Source: Vicinamibacteria bacterium
GTDB lineage: Bacteria > Acidobacteriota > Vicinamibacteria > Marinacidobacterales > Marinacidobacteraceae
Assembly (NCBI GenBank): GCA_964291235.2
Contig: OZ219816.1
Span: 1,760,001-1,824,000 of the forward strand
Length of the DNA stretch: 64,000 bases
Reading direction: 5' to 3'
Shown: positions 49,262 through 61,467 of the stretch, piece after piece
Layout: every line of letters begins with the position of its first letter
Position numbering within the stretch: position 1 is the stretch's first letter
Notes under the pieces: generated by a model
The model's input: the letters and a program-made list of their open reading frames with translations, nothing else
Database searches by the model: none
Told to the model about the DNA's origin: nothing
Program-made: the position numbers and the translations under genes

Positions 49262-50383
49262 CTAGGAACGAAGCTTCTCACGGAGCGCCTCGCGAGGCGA
49301 CTCCGGGTAGCGCTGCTCCAGTTCCCTGACGAGATCCCGGGAACGATCATCCCGGATCTCGGGAATGTGGATGCGGACCTCGAGGAAGAGGTCTCCGCGG
49401 CCGTCACCGCGAGTCGAAGGAACACCGCGCCCGGCGAGGCGCAGTCGGGTTCCAGGCTGGACTCCGGGCGGTAGCCTCACCGCGACGTTGCCGGAAAGCG
49501 TGGGCACCTCGACGCGTCCGCCGAGCGAGGCCTCGGCAAGCGTCAGCGGTAGCGGGCAGACGAGGTTGTCGCCGCGGCGTTCAAGAACCGGATGGGGGGT
49601 CACCTCGACGTGCAACCGGAGATCTCCCGGTGCTTCGCCCGGCAGCCGCTCGTGTCCTTGCCCCGCCACGACGACGGTCGCTCCGTCCGCCACCCCGGCC
49701 GGCAGGCGCGCGACCACCCGAACCGAGCGGATCCGATGACCCTGTCCGGCGCAGGAGGAGCAGGCGGTGTGAAACAGCAGCCCTTGCCCACCGCAGCGGC
49801 GGCACGGACGGGCAAACACCATGTGCCCGTAGCGCCGGAGGCGCCGGCCGGCGCCGCTACAGGCGCTGCACTCGAGCCCCTGCGGGCTGGCTTCGCCAAC
49901 CGGCCGCTCGCCCCGGCCCCCGCATGGCCCACACGTCTCGCGCCGGTTGATGCGGTGCCGGATCTGCTTCCCCTCCAGCGATTCGACAAAGGAAATCCGC
50001 ACGCGGGCGTGAATATCGGGATCGTCCTCGGCGGGTTCGGACCCGGTTCCCTCGGAGGCGCCGAAAATCTCGTGGAGCGCCCACTCTTCCTTCGCCGGCT
50101 CCTCGCCGAAATCGAAACCGGCGAAACCATAGTGAACCCGCTGGACCCGGGCGGGCGTCGGCTCGGCGCCCCCTCGGCGGTCGTACTCCGCCCGGCGCTC
50201 GGGATCGCCGAGAACTTCGAACGCGCGCTGGATCGCCTGGAATCGCTCTTCGACAACGCGGTCGTTGGGATTCAGATCCGGATGCAGGCGCCGCGCAAGA
50301 CGCCGGTACGCCTGCCGGATGCGCAGGACATCCGCATCCCGCCCAACCCCCAGGACCGCGTAGTAGTCGGCAGGAGCGGGCAT
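49262..50383 (-). CDS. dnaJ: Chaperone DnaJ
   Basis: J domain with HPD, four CxxCxGxG repeats, C-terminal domain. Confidence 0.9.
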   Translation of the reverse strand: MPAPADYYAVLGVGRDADVLRIRQAYRRLARRLHPDLNPNDRVVEERFQAIQRAFEVLGDPERRAEYDRRGGAEPTPARVQRVHYGFAGFDFGEEPAKEEWALHEIFGASEGTGSEPAEDDPDIHARVRISFVESLEGKQIRHRINRRETCGPCGGRGERPVGEASPQGLECSACSGAGRRLRRYGHMVFARPCRRCGGQGLLFHTACSSCAGQGHRIRSVRVVARLPAGVADGATVVVAGQGHERLPGEAPGDLRLHVEVTPHPVLERRGDNLVCPLPLTLAEASLGGRVEVPTLSGNVAVRLPPGVQPGTRLRLAGRGVPSTRGDGRGDLFLEVRIHIPEIRDDRSRDLVRELEQRYPESPREALREKLRS

Positions 50384-50412
50384 GGGCGCCGGTTGGCTGG
50401 CGGCGTTGGCGA

Positions 50413-52344
<1,932 letters not shown>

Positions 52345-52410
52345 GGGCTTGCTGAAACTCCTGCTGATTGGAATCCGGAGCCGGGCAAATCCCGGCCTTA
52401 GTTAGGCCGA

Positions 52411-52440
52411 AGTATAAGATATGAGTGGAGTCTTGTCAAG
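52411..52440 (-). promoter_or_regulatory. sigma70 promoter of dnaK with overlapping HAIR-like HspR operator
   Basis: Minus strand TTGACA (52439-52434)-17 nt-TATACT (52416-52411); TATGAGT-N7-TGTCAAG (52420-52440) versus the HAIR consensus CTTGAGT-N7-ACTCAAG. Confidence 0.8.
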
Positions 52441-52585
52441 GCGTACGAAGTCCGCAGGCTCCGCCGGTGGCGGTCTCCGATGCTGCCGAACCGGGGCGAT
52501 CCGCGCGGCTCTCGGGTCCCGGTGACGGCCCACTCCGCCCCGGCGCCGTCAGGCGTTCGGGGGCGGGACCGGCGGCGGCGGCGCG

Positions 52586-53476
52586 CTACTGCAGCAGTGC
52601 CCGGATCGCCGGTTCGAGCGTCTCCCGCTCCTGGAAGTTCACGAAATGGCGCGTGATCGTTCCATCGCGTCCCGCGAGGAACAGCGTCGGGAAGATGTTC
52701 ACGTTGCCGAGTTCGGCGCGATCCTCTTCGGTCAGGTGAAGGTTCTCGAAGGTCACCCCTCCCTTCTCCTGATGAGCCTGGCGGTCGGCGTCGGTGTAAG
52801 GCAGCTTGAGCACCCGGTCGGCGTTGAGGCCGACGATGGTGAGTCCCTCGTCCGCGAGATCCTGGTGGAGCGCCTGCAGCACCGGGGCGATCTGAACGCA
52901 GGGAGGACAGTTGGTGAACCACACGTAAACGAGCGTCGCATCGTTCATGAGGCCGGCAACCGTGGACTCACCGCCACCAAAGCTCTCGCCGGCGACCTCC
53001 GGGAGCATCCGGCCTTCCCAGCCCGTGAGACTCCGGCTCACCGCCTCGGCGAAACGGTCGTCGGCGCGGATCATGGCCTCGTCGATGGACACCAGGTTTC
53101 CGTCCCCGTCGCGGACCAGGAACTTCGGGACCCGCGGGTCGGACTCCATGATCCGCAACACGATGTCGGCGGCCTCTTCGCCGTAGAGCGAGAACTGCCC
53201 CGAAATCTCGGAGAGGGTCGGCAACCGGTCTTCACGGCCTTCGAACTCGGCGATGAACAGCGGCATCCGGAAGAAGACGTCGTTGAGCCGTCCGAGAGCT
53301 TGCTGTTCGTCGGGGGCCTGGAAGCGCTCCACGAGCGCCGAGAGAAGCAGGCGTTCCCCCGGCTGCAGCGTATCTCGCACGTGCTCGAGGATCCGGCGCT
53401 CCGCGTCGGATCCCTGCGCCGCGGCAGTGGCCGGAACGGTCAGGAAAAAAGCGAGAACAAGGCCGAGATAACGCAT
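52586..53476 (-). CDS. Secreted TlpA/ResA-like thioredoxin-fold protein with N-terminal extension
   Basis: Signal peptide; VWFTNCPPC, FPTLFLAGRDG. Confidence 0.85.
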   Translation of the reverse strand: MRYLGLVLAFFLTVPATAAAQGSDAERRILEHVRDTLQPGERLLLSALVERFQAPDEQQALGRLNDVFFRMPLFIAEFEGREDRLPTLSEISGQFSLYGEEAADIVLRIMESDPRVPKFLVRDGDGNLVSIDEAMIRADDRFAEAVSRSLTGWEGRMLPEVAGESFGGGESTVAGLMNDATLVYVWFTNCPPCVQIAPVLQALHQDLADEGLTIVGLNADRVLKLPYTDADRQAHQEKGGVTFENLHLTEEDRAELGNVNIFPTLFLAGRDGTITRHFVNFQERETLEPAIRALLQ

Positions 53477-53531
53477 CGGCGGATTGTAGTTTTTTGCTCG
53501 ACAACCGGGTTCCGGATGCCCCGTTGGGGGC

Positions 53532-53657
53532 TAACCGCCGGTGGTGAAACCCCCGTGAGCGCCGAGAGGGGCGAGGCCCAGTTCTCCCGGTGGGGGGGCG
53601 GTTCAGGCGGGATGCATCGCCGCTCGAACGCCGCCGGGGTTTTGCCACAGGCGGTTA
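53532..53657. repeat. Internally deleted MITE-like repeat copy with the 18-bp motif at the deletion junction
   Basis: gtggtgaaacccccgtgagcgccgag...gaggc[ccagttctcccggtgggg]...ggggttttgccacagg. Confidence 0.78.
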
Positions 53658-53668
53658 AACTCGGAAGG

Positions 53669-55096
53669 GTGTTCGGAGCGTCGAGACCTTCCGCCGCGGA
53701 GCCGGCGCAGCGCGCCTCCCGATGGGTGGCCGGGTTGGCGGCCGGCGTGTCGCTTGCCGCCGGGTGCGCCTCCCGGCCCCCGCCGGAGATCCCGGTGGTT
53801 CCCCTGGACAGCTGGATGTACGTCGAGGACCAGGCGCCGGCTCCCGGGCCGGGCCTCTCCGAAGGTGCGGCCCTCGACCTCGGGCAGAGCTGGGAACGGA
53901 TCGTGGCCGGCCGGCTTGGAGAAGCGGACCTGCAACTCGCGCCGCTCCGCATCGCGGCGCCGGACGACCCGGGAGTCCTCTCGGCGGCCGGTTTTTTCGC
54001 TCTCCGCAGCGGGGATCTCACCGGGGCGGAGGAACTCTTCGATCGGGCCCTCGCGGCTGCGCCCAACGATGTCCTCGCTTCGCTTGGCGCCGTCCTCCTG
54101 GTTCTCGACAGCGAGGATCAGGAACTGCTCTTCACGAAACTGCGGCGGCTGTCGGAACTCGACCCGGGCGCTTTGGTGGTCTCCGAGCGGCTGCCCGGAT
54201 TGGCGCTCGAGGTAGCGGAGAACCGCCTCGCGCGCGCCCGGCAACTCGCGCGCTCCGAGGACGAGGGCTCGTCGGTCGCCGAGGCGTATCGCGCGGCGCT
54301 GGAAGCGATGCCGGACTCGGCAGACCTGTTCCTCGAGGCCGCTGAGGCGGCAGCGGCTGCCGGGGACCGCCAGAGCGCACGCGAGTGGTTCGAAGCCGTC
54401 GCCTCGAACCCGTCGGCGAGCCGGCGCCAGGCCCTGAACGCGGGGTTGGCCGCCGCCGAACTGCTCGCCGACGAGCGCCGTTTCGCCGACAGTCTCACCC
54501 TTCTCGACGGGATTCTCGCGGATCCGGCGGTGGGCGGTTTCAGCGATCTGCAAGGGCGCGCCGAAAGACTGGGGCGGCGCCTCGAGGTGGCGAGGCTTTC
54601 GGAGCTATACACAAGGATTCGGGAAGCGGAGCGCGTCACCCGTGAACAGCTCGCCGCGCTCCTGGCGGCCGAAATCGGAGAACCCGACGGCCAGGATTCC
54701 CTTTCCGCGGACCCGGTGATCGCCATCGATCTCGAACGGAGCTGGGCGGCCAGCCTGATCCAGACGGCCGTCGGCGCCGGTTACCTCCGCCTGTATCCCG
54801 ATCACACCTTCAAGCCACGCGGTCTCGTGACCCGCGCCGAACTCGCGGTGTCGTTGGCGGCGGTGTTCGGGAGGTTCGACCCCGACGCCCGGCGGAATGC
54901 CCTGGACGACTCTTCCGGGCTGGAGCTCAACGATGTGCCACCCGACCACCGCTACCGCGAGGCGGTCGCCATAGCGGTGGAACTCGGGCTGCTCGGGGTT
55001 TCGGACGAAGGCGCGTTCCGGCCGCTGGCCTTCGCGTCCGGCGCCCAAGCGGTGCGCGCCGTGCACACGCTTCGCGATTTCCTCGGCCGTTCCTGA
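53669..55096 (+). CDS. Lipoprotein with TPR-like repeats and C-terminal SLH domains
   Basis: Lipobox LAAGC; helical repeats; YPDHTFKP...VTRAELA and DVPPDHRY..AV; start uncertain. Confidence 0.75.
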   Translation: MFGASRPSAAEPAQRASRWVAGLAAGVSLAAGCASRPPPEIPVVPLDSWMYVEDQAPAPGPGLSEGAALDLGQSWERIVAGRLGEADLQLAPLRIAAPDDPGVLSAAGFFALRSGDLTGAEELFDRALAAAPNDVLASLGAVLLVLDSEDQELLFTKLRRLSELDPGALVVSERLPGLALEVAENRLARARQLARSEDEGSSVAEAYRAALEAMPDSADLFLEAAEAAAAAGDRQSAREWFEAVASNPSASRRQALNAGLAAAELLADERRFADSLTLLDGILADPAVGGFSDLQGRAERLGRRLEVARLSELYTRIREAERVTREQLAALLAAEIGEPDGQDSLSADPVIAIDLERSWAASLIQTAVGAGYLRLYPDHTFKPRGLVTRAELAVSLAAVFGRFDPDARRNALDDSSGLELNDVPPDHRYREAVAIAVELGLLGVSDEGAFRPLAFASGAQAVRAVHTLRDFLGRS

Positions 55097-55107
55097 ACCC
55101 GGCCGCG

Positions 55108-56196
55108 TCAGCCGCGGCCGGAGACGTAGTGCCGGCCCGCCTTCATGAGCCGAACGAAGGCATCCTCATCGTCGTCATGGATCACCGCGGCAAGACGCGA
55201 GACCGCGGCCGCGAGATTGTGGATCGCCCCCGGTCCGTGGGGATTGCACTGCTGAATCTCGTAGTAGAGATGGGGGTTCTCCCGGGCCACCGCCGCCGCC
55301 ACCTGTAGCTGGCGGTCGAACGTCACGCTCGACATGCGAGCGAGCCGGGGCGCCTGCTCGCCGCTTTCGGCGAGCGCGGTCAGGAAAGCCAGGTTCAGCG
55401 CGTGGGAGAGGCCGAGGACATAGGCGATCAACGGGTCGTGCTCGACCAGGGGCATCCGCAGGATCTCGGCCATGCTGCCACCGAAGACCCCGGCCGCTTC
55501 CTCCGCCGCCCCGGAATCACCCACATCCATGACCAGCACGTGGCAGCCGTGGAGGACGTACGTGTCGGGACCGAACATGGGATGCACGGAGGCAACCCGG
55601 CAGCCGCTCCGCGCGAGCGCCTGAAGACCGGGCACCACCGGCGCCTTGACGGACGCGATATCGAAGACAAGCCCCTGCCTCCCCTCCGAGGCGATGCCTT
55701 GCAGCATCTCGGCGCTGGCCTGCAGCGGCGCCGCCACCACCGTCAGGGCGAACTCGTCCGGTGTCTCCCGCCAGTCCGCGGCTACCGGAACCCCGCTCGG
55801 GCCGCCGGCGGGGTCGGCCACCTGGACCGCGTATCCCTGCGCCGTCAGGAACCGGCAGAACCACCGCCCCATACGCCCTCCGCCACCGATGACGAGCGCG
55901 GGCCGGCCCGCCCCCTGCCCCTCGGCCCGCAACCGGATGTCTTCCTGGCGGGCCAGCGCAGAGTGCATCAGGAGGCCCACCAGATCGGCGGCCAGGTCTT
56001 CCGGAATACCCCGCTCGGCCGCGTGAGCACGAGCCCGCCGCACCACCTGGGCTTCCTGTTCCGGATCGTGGATCGCCCGGCCAGCCGCCTGTTTCAGGCG
56101 TCCGATCGCTGACGTGATGGCGTCCCGGCGCGCCCAGGCGTCGAGAATCTCCCGATCTACGGCTTCGAGGGCGGCGCGCAGGGCGTCAATGTCCAT
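55108..56196 (-). CDS. tyrA: Bifunctional chorismate mutase/prephenate dehydrogenase
   Basis: DIDALR..L..VD.EIL (AroQ), IGGGGRMG, DIASVK, HPMFGP, HD....VLGLSH. Confidence 0.9.
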   Translation of the reverse strand: MDIDALRAALEAVDREILDAWARRDAITSAIGRLKQAAGRAIHDPEQEAQVVRRARAHAAERGIPEDLAADLVGLLMHSALARQEDIRLRAEGQGAGRPALVIGGGGRMGRWFCRFLTAQGYAVQVADPAGGPSGVPVAADWRETPDEFALTVVAAPLQASAEMLQGIASEGRQGLVFDIASVKAPVVPGLQALARSGCRVASVHPMFGPDTYVLHGCHVLVMDVGDSGAAEEAAGVFGGSMAEILRMPLVEHDPLIAYVLGLSHALNLAFLTALAESGEQAPRLARMSSVTFDRQLQVAAAVARENPHLYYEIQQCNPHGPGAIHNLAAAVSRLAAVIHDDDEDAFVRLMKAGRHYVSGRG

Positions 56197-56342
56197 GGCC
56201 CGAATGGTAGGCCCCGCCGGCCGGCCGGCCCGCCGCCAGGCCGGATGCCCGAGAGTCGCCACCGATACACTGCTTTCGGCAACCGGGGCGGCTTCGGATC
56301 CGCCGTCCGGCCGCCTTCCCCCCAGGGTGGATCAAGGAGGCA

Positions 56343-58112
56343 GTGAGCATGGATTCAGGGACGGCTGCTCCCGACCATCACATCCGCTACGAGCCGGACG
56401 ACCGGCCGCCGCTCCCGATCACCATGGGGCTCGGGCTGCAATACGCGATGATCTCGGTCGCGAGCGTGGTGCTGGCGCCGACCATCATGATCGGCATCGC
56501 CGGCGGCAGCGACGCCTACCTGTCGTGGGCGGTCTGCAGCGCCCTCCTGATCAGCGGAATCACCACGGCGATCCAGGCGCGGCGGGTCGGGCGCATCGGA
56601 GCGGGGTACATCCTGGTCATGGGCACCTCGACGGCTTTCCTGGCCATCTGCATTTCCGCGCTCGAGCGGGGCGGTCCCGGGCTGCTCGCGAGCCTGATCA
56701 TCGTCGCGGCGCTCTTCCAGTTCGCGGTAGCGGCCAAGATGTCGCTCCTGCGGCGCATCTTCACGCCCACCGTCGCCGGAACCGTGCTGATGCTCATCCC
56801 GGTGGACGTAGCGCCGGTGATCATCCGCAAGTTGACCGATGTGCCGGAAGGCACTTCGGCGGCAGCGGCTCCGATCATCGCCGCGGTAACCCTGCTGGTT
56901 ACCGTCGTCATTGCGCTCCGTGCCACCGGCAGTTTGCGGGTGTGGGCCCCGGCTCTCGGCATCGTCGGGGGATGTGTGGTGGCGGGTCTGGGGTTCGGCA
57001 TCTATGACACCTCGGCGATCGCGGCGGCTTCCTGGGTGGGGCTTCCCGCGTTCGGGTTTCCCGGGCTTGGTTTCAGCTTCGGGCCGGCCTTCTGGGCGCT
57101 GCTGCCGGCCTTTGTCCTGGTGACGCTCGTCGGAGCCATGGACACTCTCGGAGACGCGATCGCCATCCAGCGGGTGTCGTGGAGGAAGCCCCGCGCCATT
57201 GACTTCCGATCCATCCAGGGAGCGTTGAACGCCGACGGGGTCGGCAACCTGCTGGCCGGGATGGCCGGCACGGTGCCGAACACCACCTACGGCAACAGCA
57301 TCGCGGTCGCCGAACTGACGGGCATCGCCGCTCGCAGGGTGGGAATCTGGGTCGGCGTGGTCTTTGCGCTACTCGCCGTGCTGCCCAAGTTCGTGGCCGC
57401 GATTGTTGCGATCCCCGGGCCGACGGTCGGCGGGTACTACCTGGTGCTCGTCGCCCTGCTCTTCATCTTCGGCGTAAAGATCGTCATCCAGGACGGCCTC
57501 GACTACCGGCGGAGCATCATCGTCGGGCTGGCGTTCTGGATCGGAGTGGGCTTCAAGTTCGGCTGGATTTTCCCGGACTATTTCCAAGGATCCTGGAGTG
57601 ATCTCCTGGGGAACGGCATGACCGTGGGGGGTTTCATGGTCATCTTCCTGAACCTGGTCGCAGAGTTCGGGCGGAAGCGCCGCCTGCGGCTCAGCACCGC
57701 GCTCAACGAGGATGCCTTCGAGAAGGTGGACAGCCTGCTGGCGCGGCTGGCCGCCGACCGGGGCTGGAACGAAACGATGGTGCGGCAGGTACGGGCGGTG
57801 GGCGAGGAGACGCTCCATGTGCTGCTCCGGGACGCCGGGCGGGCCGACGGGGAGCGGCGCCTACTGCTCATCGCCGAAGGGGACGGAAGTCGTGCGGAAC
57901 TCGAGTTCATCGCGGCGATGGAGGAAGCGAATCTCGAGGACCGTATGGCAATGCTCACCGAAGGAGCGGCGGGCACCCCCAGCGAGGAGGAGTTGCCGCT
58001 GCGGCTCCTGCGGCATTACGCCTCGTCGGTCCGGCACCAGCAGTACCACGACACCGATGTGGTGGCCGTCCACGTAGACGCCTCGCCGGCCCGGCGGCCT
58101 GCTGCGGACTAA
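56343..58112 (+). CDS. NCS2 (xanthine/uracil) permease with C-terminal soluble extension
   Basis: GLGLQ, GALNADGVGNLLAG, PNTTYGNSI..AELTGIAAR signature. Confidence 0.85.
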   Translation: MSMDSGTAAPDHHIRYEPDDRPPLPITMGLGLQYAMISVASVVLAPTIMIGIAGGSDAYLSWAVCSALLISGITTAIQARRVGRIGAGYILVMGTSTAFLAICISALERGGPGLLASLIIVAALFQFAVAAKMSLLRRIFTPTVAGTVLMLIPVDVAPVIIRKLTDVPEGTSAAAAPIIAAVTLLVTVVIALRATGSLRVWAPALGIVGGCVVAGLGFGIYDTSAIAAASWVGLPAFGFPGLGFSFGPAFWALLPAFVLVTLVGAMDTLGDAIAIQRVSWRKPRAIDFRSIQGALNADGVGNLLAGMAGTVPNTTYGNSIAVAELTGIAARRVGIWVGVVFALLAVLPKFVAAIVAIPGPTVGGYYLVLVALLFIFGVKIVIQDGLDYRRSIIVGLAFWIGVGFKFGWIFPDYFQGSWSDLLGNGMTVGGFMVIFLNLVAEFGRKRRLRLSTALNEDAFEKVDSLLARLAADRGWNETMVRQVRAVGEETLHVLLRDAGRADGERRLLLIAEGDGSRAELEFIAAMEEANLEDRMAMLTEGAAGTPSEEELPLRLLRHYASSVRHQQYHDTDVVAVHVDASPARRPAAD

Positions 58113-58138
58113 GATTTCCCGCCTCCCGTGACGGTCCC

Positions 58139-59629
58139 TTGCTACTCCCTTCCCGCTCCGATTTCCGCGCGCTCTCGAAACGGGCGAACCTGATTCCCGT
58201 TCGGCGGGAGATCCTCGCCGACTGCGATACCCCGGTATCGACCTTTCTCCGGGTAGGGAATCGGGGGCCGGCATTCCTGATGGAGTCGATAGAGGGCGGC
58301 GAGAGCGTCGCCCGGTATTCCTTTCTGGGATCGAGGCCACGACTCATCGTCGAGAGTCGCGGGACCGAAGTCAGGCGCCGTGATCTGCGCGATGGCCGGA
58401 CCGAAACTCTCGACAGCAACGATCCCCTGTCGGCGCTGCGGGACATGCTCAAGGAAGTGAGCCCGGCCAACGTCGAGGGGCTTCCCCCGTTTCACGGCGG
58501 CTTCGTCGGCTATCTCGCCTACGACGCGGTACGGCGCTTCGAGAACCTCCCGGACACCGTCGAGGACTCGCTCCGCATTCCCGATGCGGCGTTTCTGTTG
58601 GCCGACAGCGTGCTGGTCTTCGACCGCGCCCGCAACGTCATCCAGGTGGTGGTGAACGCCAGCGTCCCCGATGAGAGCCTCGCCGACCAGGCCTACGACG
58701 CCGCCGCGGCCCAGATCGAAGCAACCGTCGGCGAAATCCGGGCGCCGCTTCCCTATCGACTGGGCCTCCCGGGGGGCGCCCCCGGGCCGGCGCCCGAACC
58801 GGTTTCCAACACCAGCCGCGAGCGGTATCTGGAAATGGTGCGACGGGCCAAGGACTACGTGGCCGCCGGCGACATCATCCAGGTCGTTCCCTCGCAGCGC
58901 TTCGAGACACCGCTCACGGTCCACCCCTTCGACTTTTACCGGGCGCTCCGGGTGGTGAACCCCTCGCCCTACATGTACTACCTGGACTTTGACGGGCTGG
59001 TGGTTGCGGGCGCCTCGCCGGAAATGATGACCCGCACCGAGGACGGCACGATCGAAACCCGGCCGATCGCCGGAACCCGCCCACGCGGGAGCACTCCCGA
59101 AGAAGACGCCGCTCTAGCCGACGAACTCCTCGCCGACGAAAAGGAACGCGCCGAACACCTGATGCTGGTGGACCTCGCTCGCAATGACATCGGCCGGGTG
59201 GCCGGGTACGGCCAGGTCGAGGTCGAGGACTTCATGAGCATCGAGCGCTACTCGCACGTGATGCACATCGTGTCCCGGGTGCGGGGGAAACTCGGCCCCG
59301 ACATGGACTCCTTCGACGCGCTCCGCGCCACCTTTCCGGCCGGAACGCTCTCCGGCGCCCCCAAGATCCGCGCCATGGAAATCATCGATGAACTCGAGAC
59401 CGAGCGGCGCGGGGTGTACGGCGGCGCGGTGGGCTACTTCTCCTACAGCGGCGCCTCCGACACCGCCATCGCCATCCGGACACTGGTAGCGCAGGGGGGG
59501 GTCGGCTACTTCCAGGCAGGGGGCGGCGTCGTCGCGGACTCCGACCCGGCCGCGGAGTACGACGAAAGCTGCCGAAAGGCGGATGCGGTGCTTGCCGCCC
59601 TCCGCATGGCCCAGGAGGGTCTGGACTAG
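58139..59629 (+). CDS. trpE: Anthranilate synthase component I
   Basis: LMES, GDIIQVVPSQR, NPSPYMY, PIAGTRPRG, KERAEHLMLVDLARND, PAGTLSGAPK. Confidence 0.93.
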   Translation: MLLPSRSDFRALSKRANLIPVRREILADCDTPVSTFLRVGNRGPAFLMESIEGGESVARYSFLGSRPRLIVESRGTEVRRRDLRDGRTETLDSNDPLSALRDMLKEVSPANVEGLPPFHGGFVGYLAYDAVRRFENLPDTVEDSLRIPDAAFLLADSVLVFDRARNVIQVVVNASVPDESLADQAYDAAAAQIEATVGEIRAPLPYRLGLPGGAPGPAPEPVSNTSRERYLEMVRRAKDYVAAGDIIQVVPSQRFETPLTVHPFDFYRALRVVNPSPYMYYLDFDGLVVAGASPEMMTRTEDGTIETRPIAGTRPRGSTPEEDAALADELLADEKERAEHLMLVDLARNDIGRVAGYGQVEVEDFMSIERYSHVMHIVSRVRGKLGPDMDSFDALRATFPAGTLSGAPKIRAMEIIDELETERRGVYGGAVGYFSYSGASDTAIAIRTLVAQGGVGYFQAGGGVVADSDPAAEYDESCRKADAVLAALRMAQEGLD

Positions 59630-59812
59630 CAGCCTATGGCAAAACCCCCGCGGCGTTCGACGGGCGATCCATCCCGGCTGAACCACTCCGCTTCGCTTCG
59701 TTCTGCGTTGCGTTTCGGTCGAAATACACCCGGTATTCCTCCCTCACGCGCCTTGTCAGCCGGGCGCCTCACCCGTCTCGGCGCTCACGGGGGTTTCACC
59801 ACAGGCTGCTAA
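59627..59812. repeat. MITE-like repeat copy without 18-bp inserts, between trpE and trpG
   Basis: tagcagcctatgg...ccacaggctgcta; its terminal TAG is the trpE stop codon. Confidence 0.85.
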
Positions 59813-59833
59813 CCACCCCTGGCACGATCCGTC

Positions 59834-60397
59834 ATGACCCTCGTCCTCGATAACTACGACTCGTTTACCTTCAATTTGGTGCAGCTGCTCGGGGAACTGG
59901 GTGCGCGGCCCCGGGTCGTTCGGAACGATGCGATGACTCCGGCCGAGATCCGGGATCTGCGACCGGAGCGGGTGGTCATCTCTCCCGGACCCTGTTCGCC
60001 GGAAAAGGCGGGCATTTCCGTGGATCTCGTCCGGGAACTCGCCGGGAAGACCCCCCTGCTCGGGGTGTGCCTCGGCCACCAGTCCGTGGTTCAGGCCCTC
60101 GGTGGCCGGATCCGGCGGGCGCACCGCCTCGTCCACGGCAAGACCTCGCCGGTGCGCCATAATGGCGAAGAACTGTTCGCCGGGCTGGAGAACCCCTTCG
60201 AGGCCACCCGCTATCACTCGCTGGTCGCCGATGAGCCGCTGCCGAGAGAGCTTGAAGTGACCGCCCGCTCCGACGATCAGGAAGTCATGGGACTTCGACA
60301 CCGGAGCGCACCGCTCTGGGGTGTCCAGTTCCACCCCGAATCCATCCTCACCCCCGCGGGAAGACCACTGCTCCAGAACTTCCTCGACCTGACATGA
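59834..60397 (+). CDS. trpG: Anthranilate/aminodeoxychorismate synthase glutamine amidotransferase
   Basis: DNYDSFT, ISPGP, GVCLGHQ, RYHSL, QFHPES. Confidence 0.93.
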   Translation: MTLVLDNYDSFTFNLVQLLGELGARPRVVRNDAMTPAEIRDLRPERVVISPGPCSPEKAGISVDLVRELAGKTPLLGVCLGHQSVVQALGGRIRRAHRLVHGKTSPVRHNGEELFAGLENPFEATRYHSLVADEPLPRELEVTARSDDQEVMGLRHRSAPLWGVQFHPESILTPAGRPLLQNFLDLT

Positions 60398-61467
60398 CGA
60401 CGCGCCCGCCCGAATCCACCTGCATGGTGCTCATCCTGAACCAATGGGCGACCGAGCAAGACATCAACCACCTGACCCGCCTGGTCGAGGAGAAGGCCCT
60501 CGAGTGGGCGCTTCACCCTGCCGAAGTGCGGAACCAGATTCACGTTCTCGGCGATCTCTCCCGGGAGACGGAAGCCTTCTGGCGCACGCAACCCGGCGTC
60601 CAGCAGGTGTATGGCCTGGCCAAGCCCTACAAGCTGGCCAACAAGACCCACCACCAGTCCAACACCCAGATCCCGATCGGCACCCAGCAGCTCGGCAGCA
60701 AGGATCTGGTCATCTTCGGGGGGCCCTGCGCGCTCGAGAGCGAGGAACAGGGCATGACCTCCGCCTTGATGCTCCAGGATCTCGGGCTCGAAATCATGCG
60801 GGCCTCGGCCTTCAAGCCGCGCAGCTCGCCCTATTCCTTCCAGGGTCTCGGAGTGGAGGGGCTCCACATCCTCAAGCGCATCCGGGAACGCACCGGCATC
60901 CTGGTCGAGACCGAGGTGATGGACGTCCGCGATGTCGAGGTCGCGGCGGACCTCGTGGACGTGATCCGGATCGGCGCCCGCAACATGCAGAACTTCGACC
61001 TTCTCAAGGAGGCGGGCCGCGTCCAGACCCCGGTCATCCTCAAGCGGGGCATGGCCAACACGATCCGGGAGTTCCTGTTGGCTACCGAATACATCCTGCA
61101 GGGGAACCCGAACGTGATCCTGTGCGAACGGGGTATCCGGTCGTTCGAGACGGCGTACCGCAACACGCTGGACGTAGGAGCCATCGCGGTACTGAAGCAG
61201 GAAACGCACCTGCCGGTCATCGCGGACCCGAGCCACAGCGCCGGCAACAAGACGCTGGTACCGGCGCTCTCGCTGGCCGCGGTCGCGGCCGGGGCAGACG
61301 GACTCCTGGTCGAGGTGCATCCCAACCCCTCGGTGGCGCTCAGCGACGGGGATCAGTCGCTCTACCCCCATCAGTTCATGAACCTGATGACGGATCTGCG
61401 AAGGGTCGGAAAGGCCGTCGGGCGGCGGTTACTGGCGGAACGGGCGACAAGCGCAGCGTCCCGATGA
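60394..61467 (+). CDS. aroF: DAHP synthase, type I-beta with N-terminal regulatory domain
   Basis: [42 protein letters not shown]. Confidence 0.92.
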   Translation: MTTRPPESTCMVLILNQWATEQDINHLTRLVEEKALEWALHPAEVRNQIHVLGDLSRETEAFWRTQPGVQQVYGLAKPYKLANKTHHQSNTQIPIGTQQLGSKDLVIFGGPCALESEEQGMTSALMLQDLGLEIMRASAFKPRSSPYSFQGLGVEGLHILKRIRERTGILVETEVMDVRDVEVAADLVDVIRIGARNMQNFDLLKEAGRVQTPVILKRGMANTIREFLLATEYILQGNPNVILCERGIRSFETAYRNTLDVGAIAVLKQETHLPVIADPSHSAGNKTLVPALSLAAVAAGADGLLVEVHPNPSVALSDGDQSLYPHQFMNLMTDLRRVGKAVGRRLLAERATSAASR

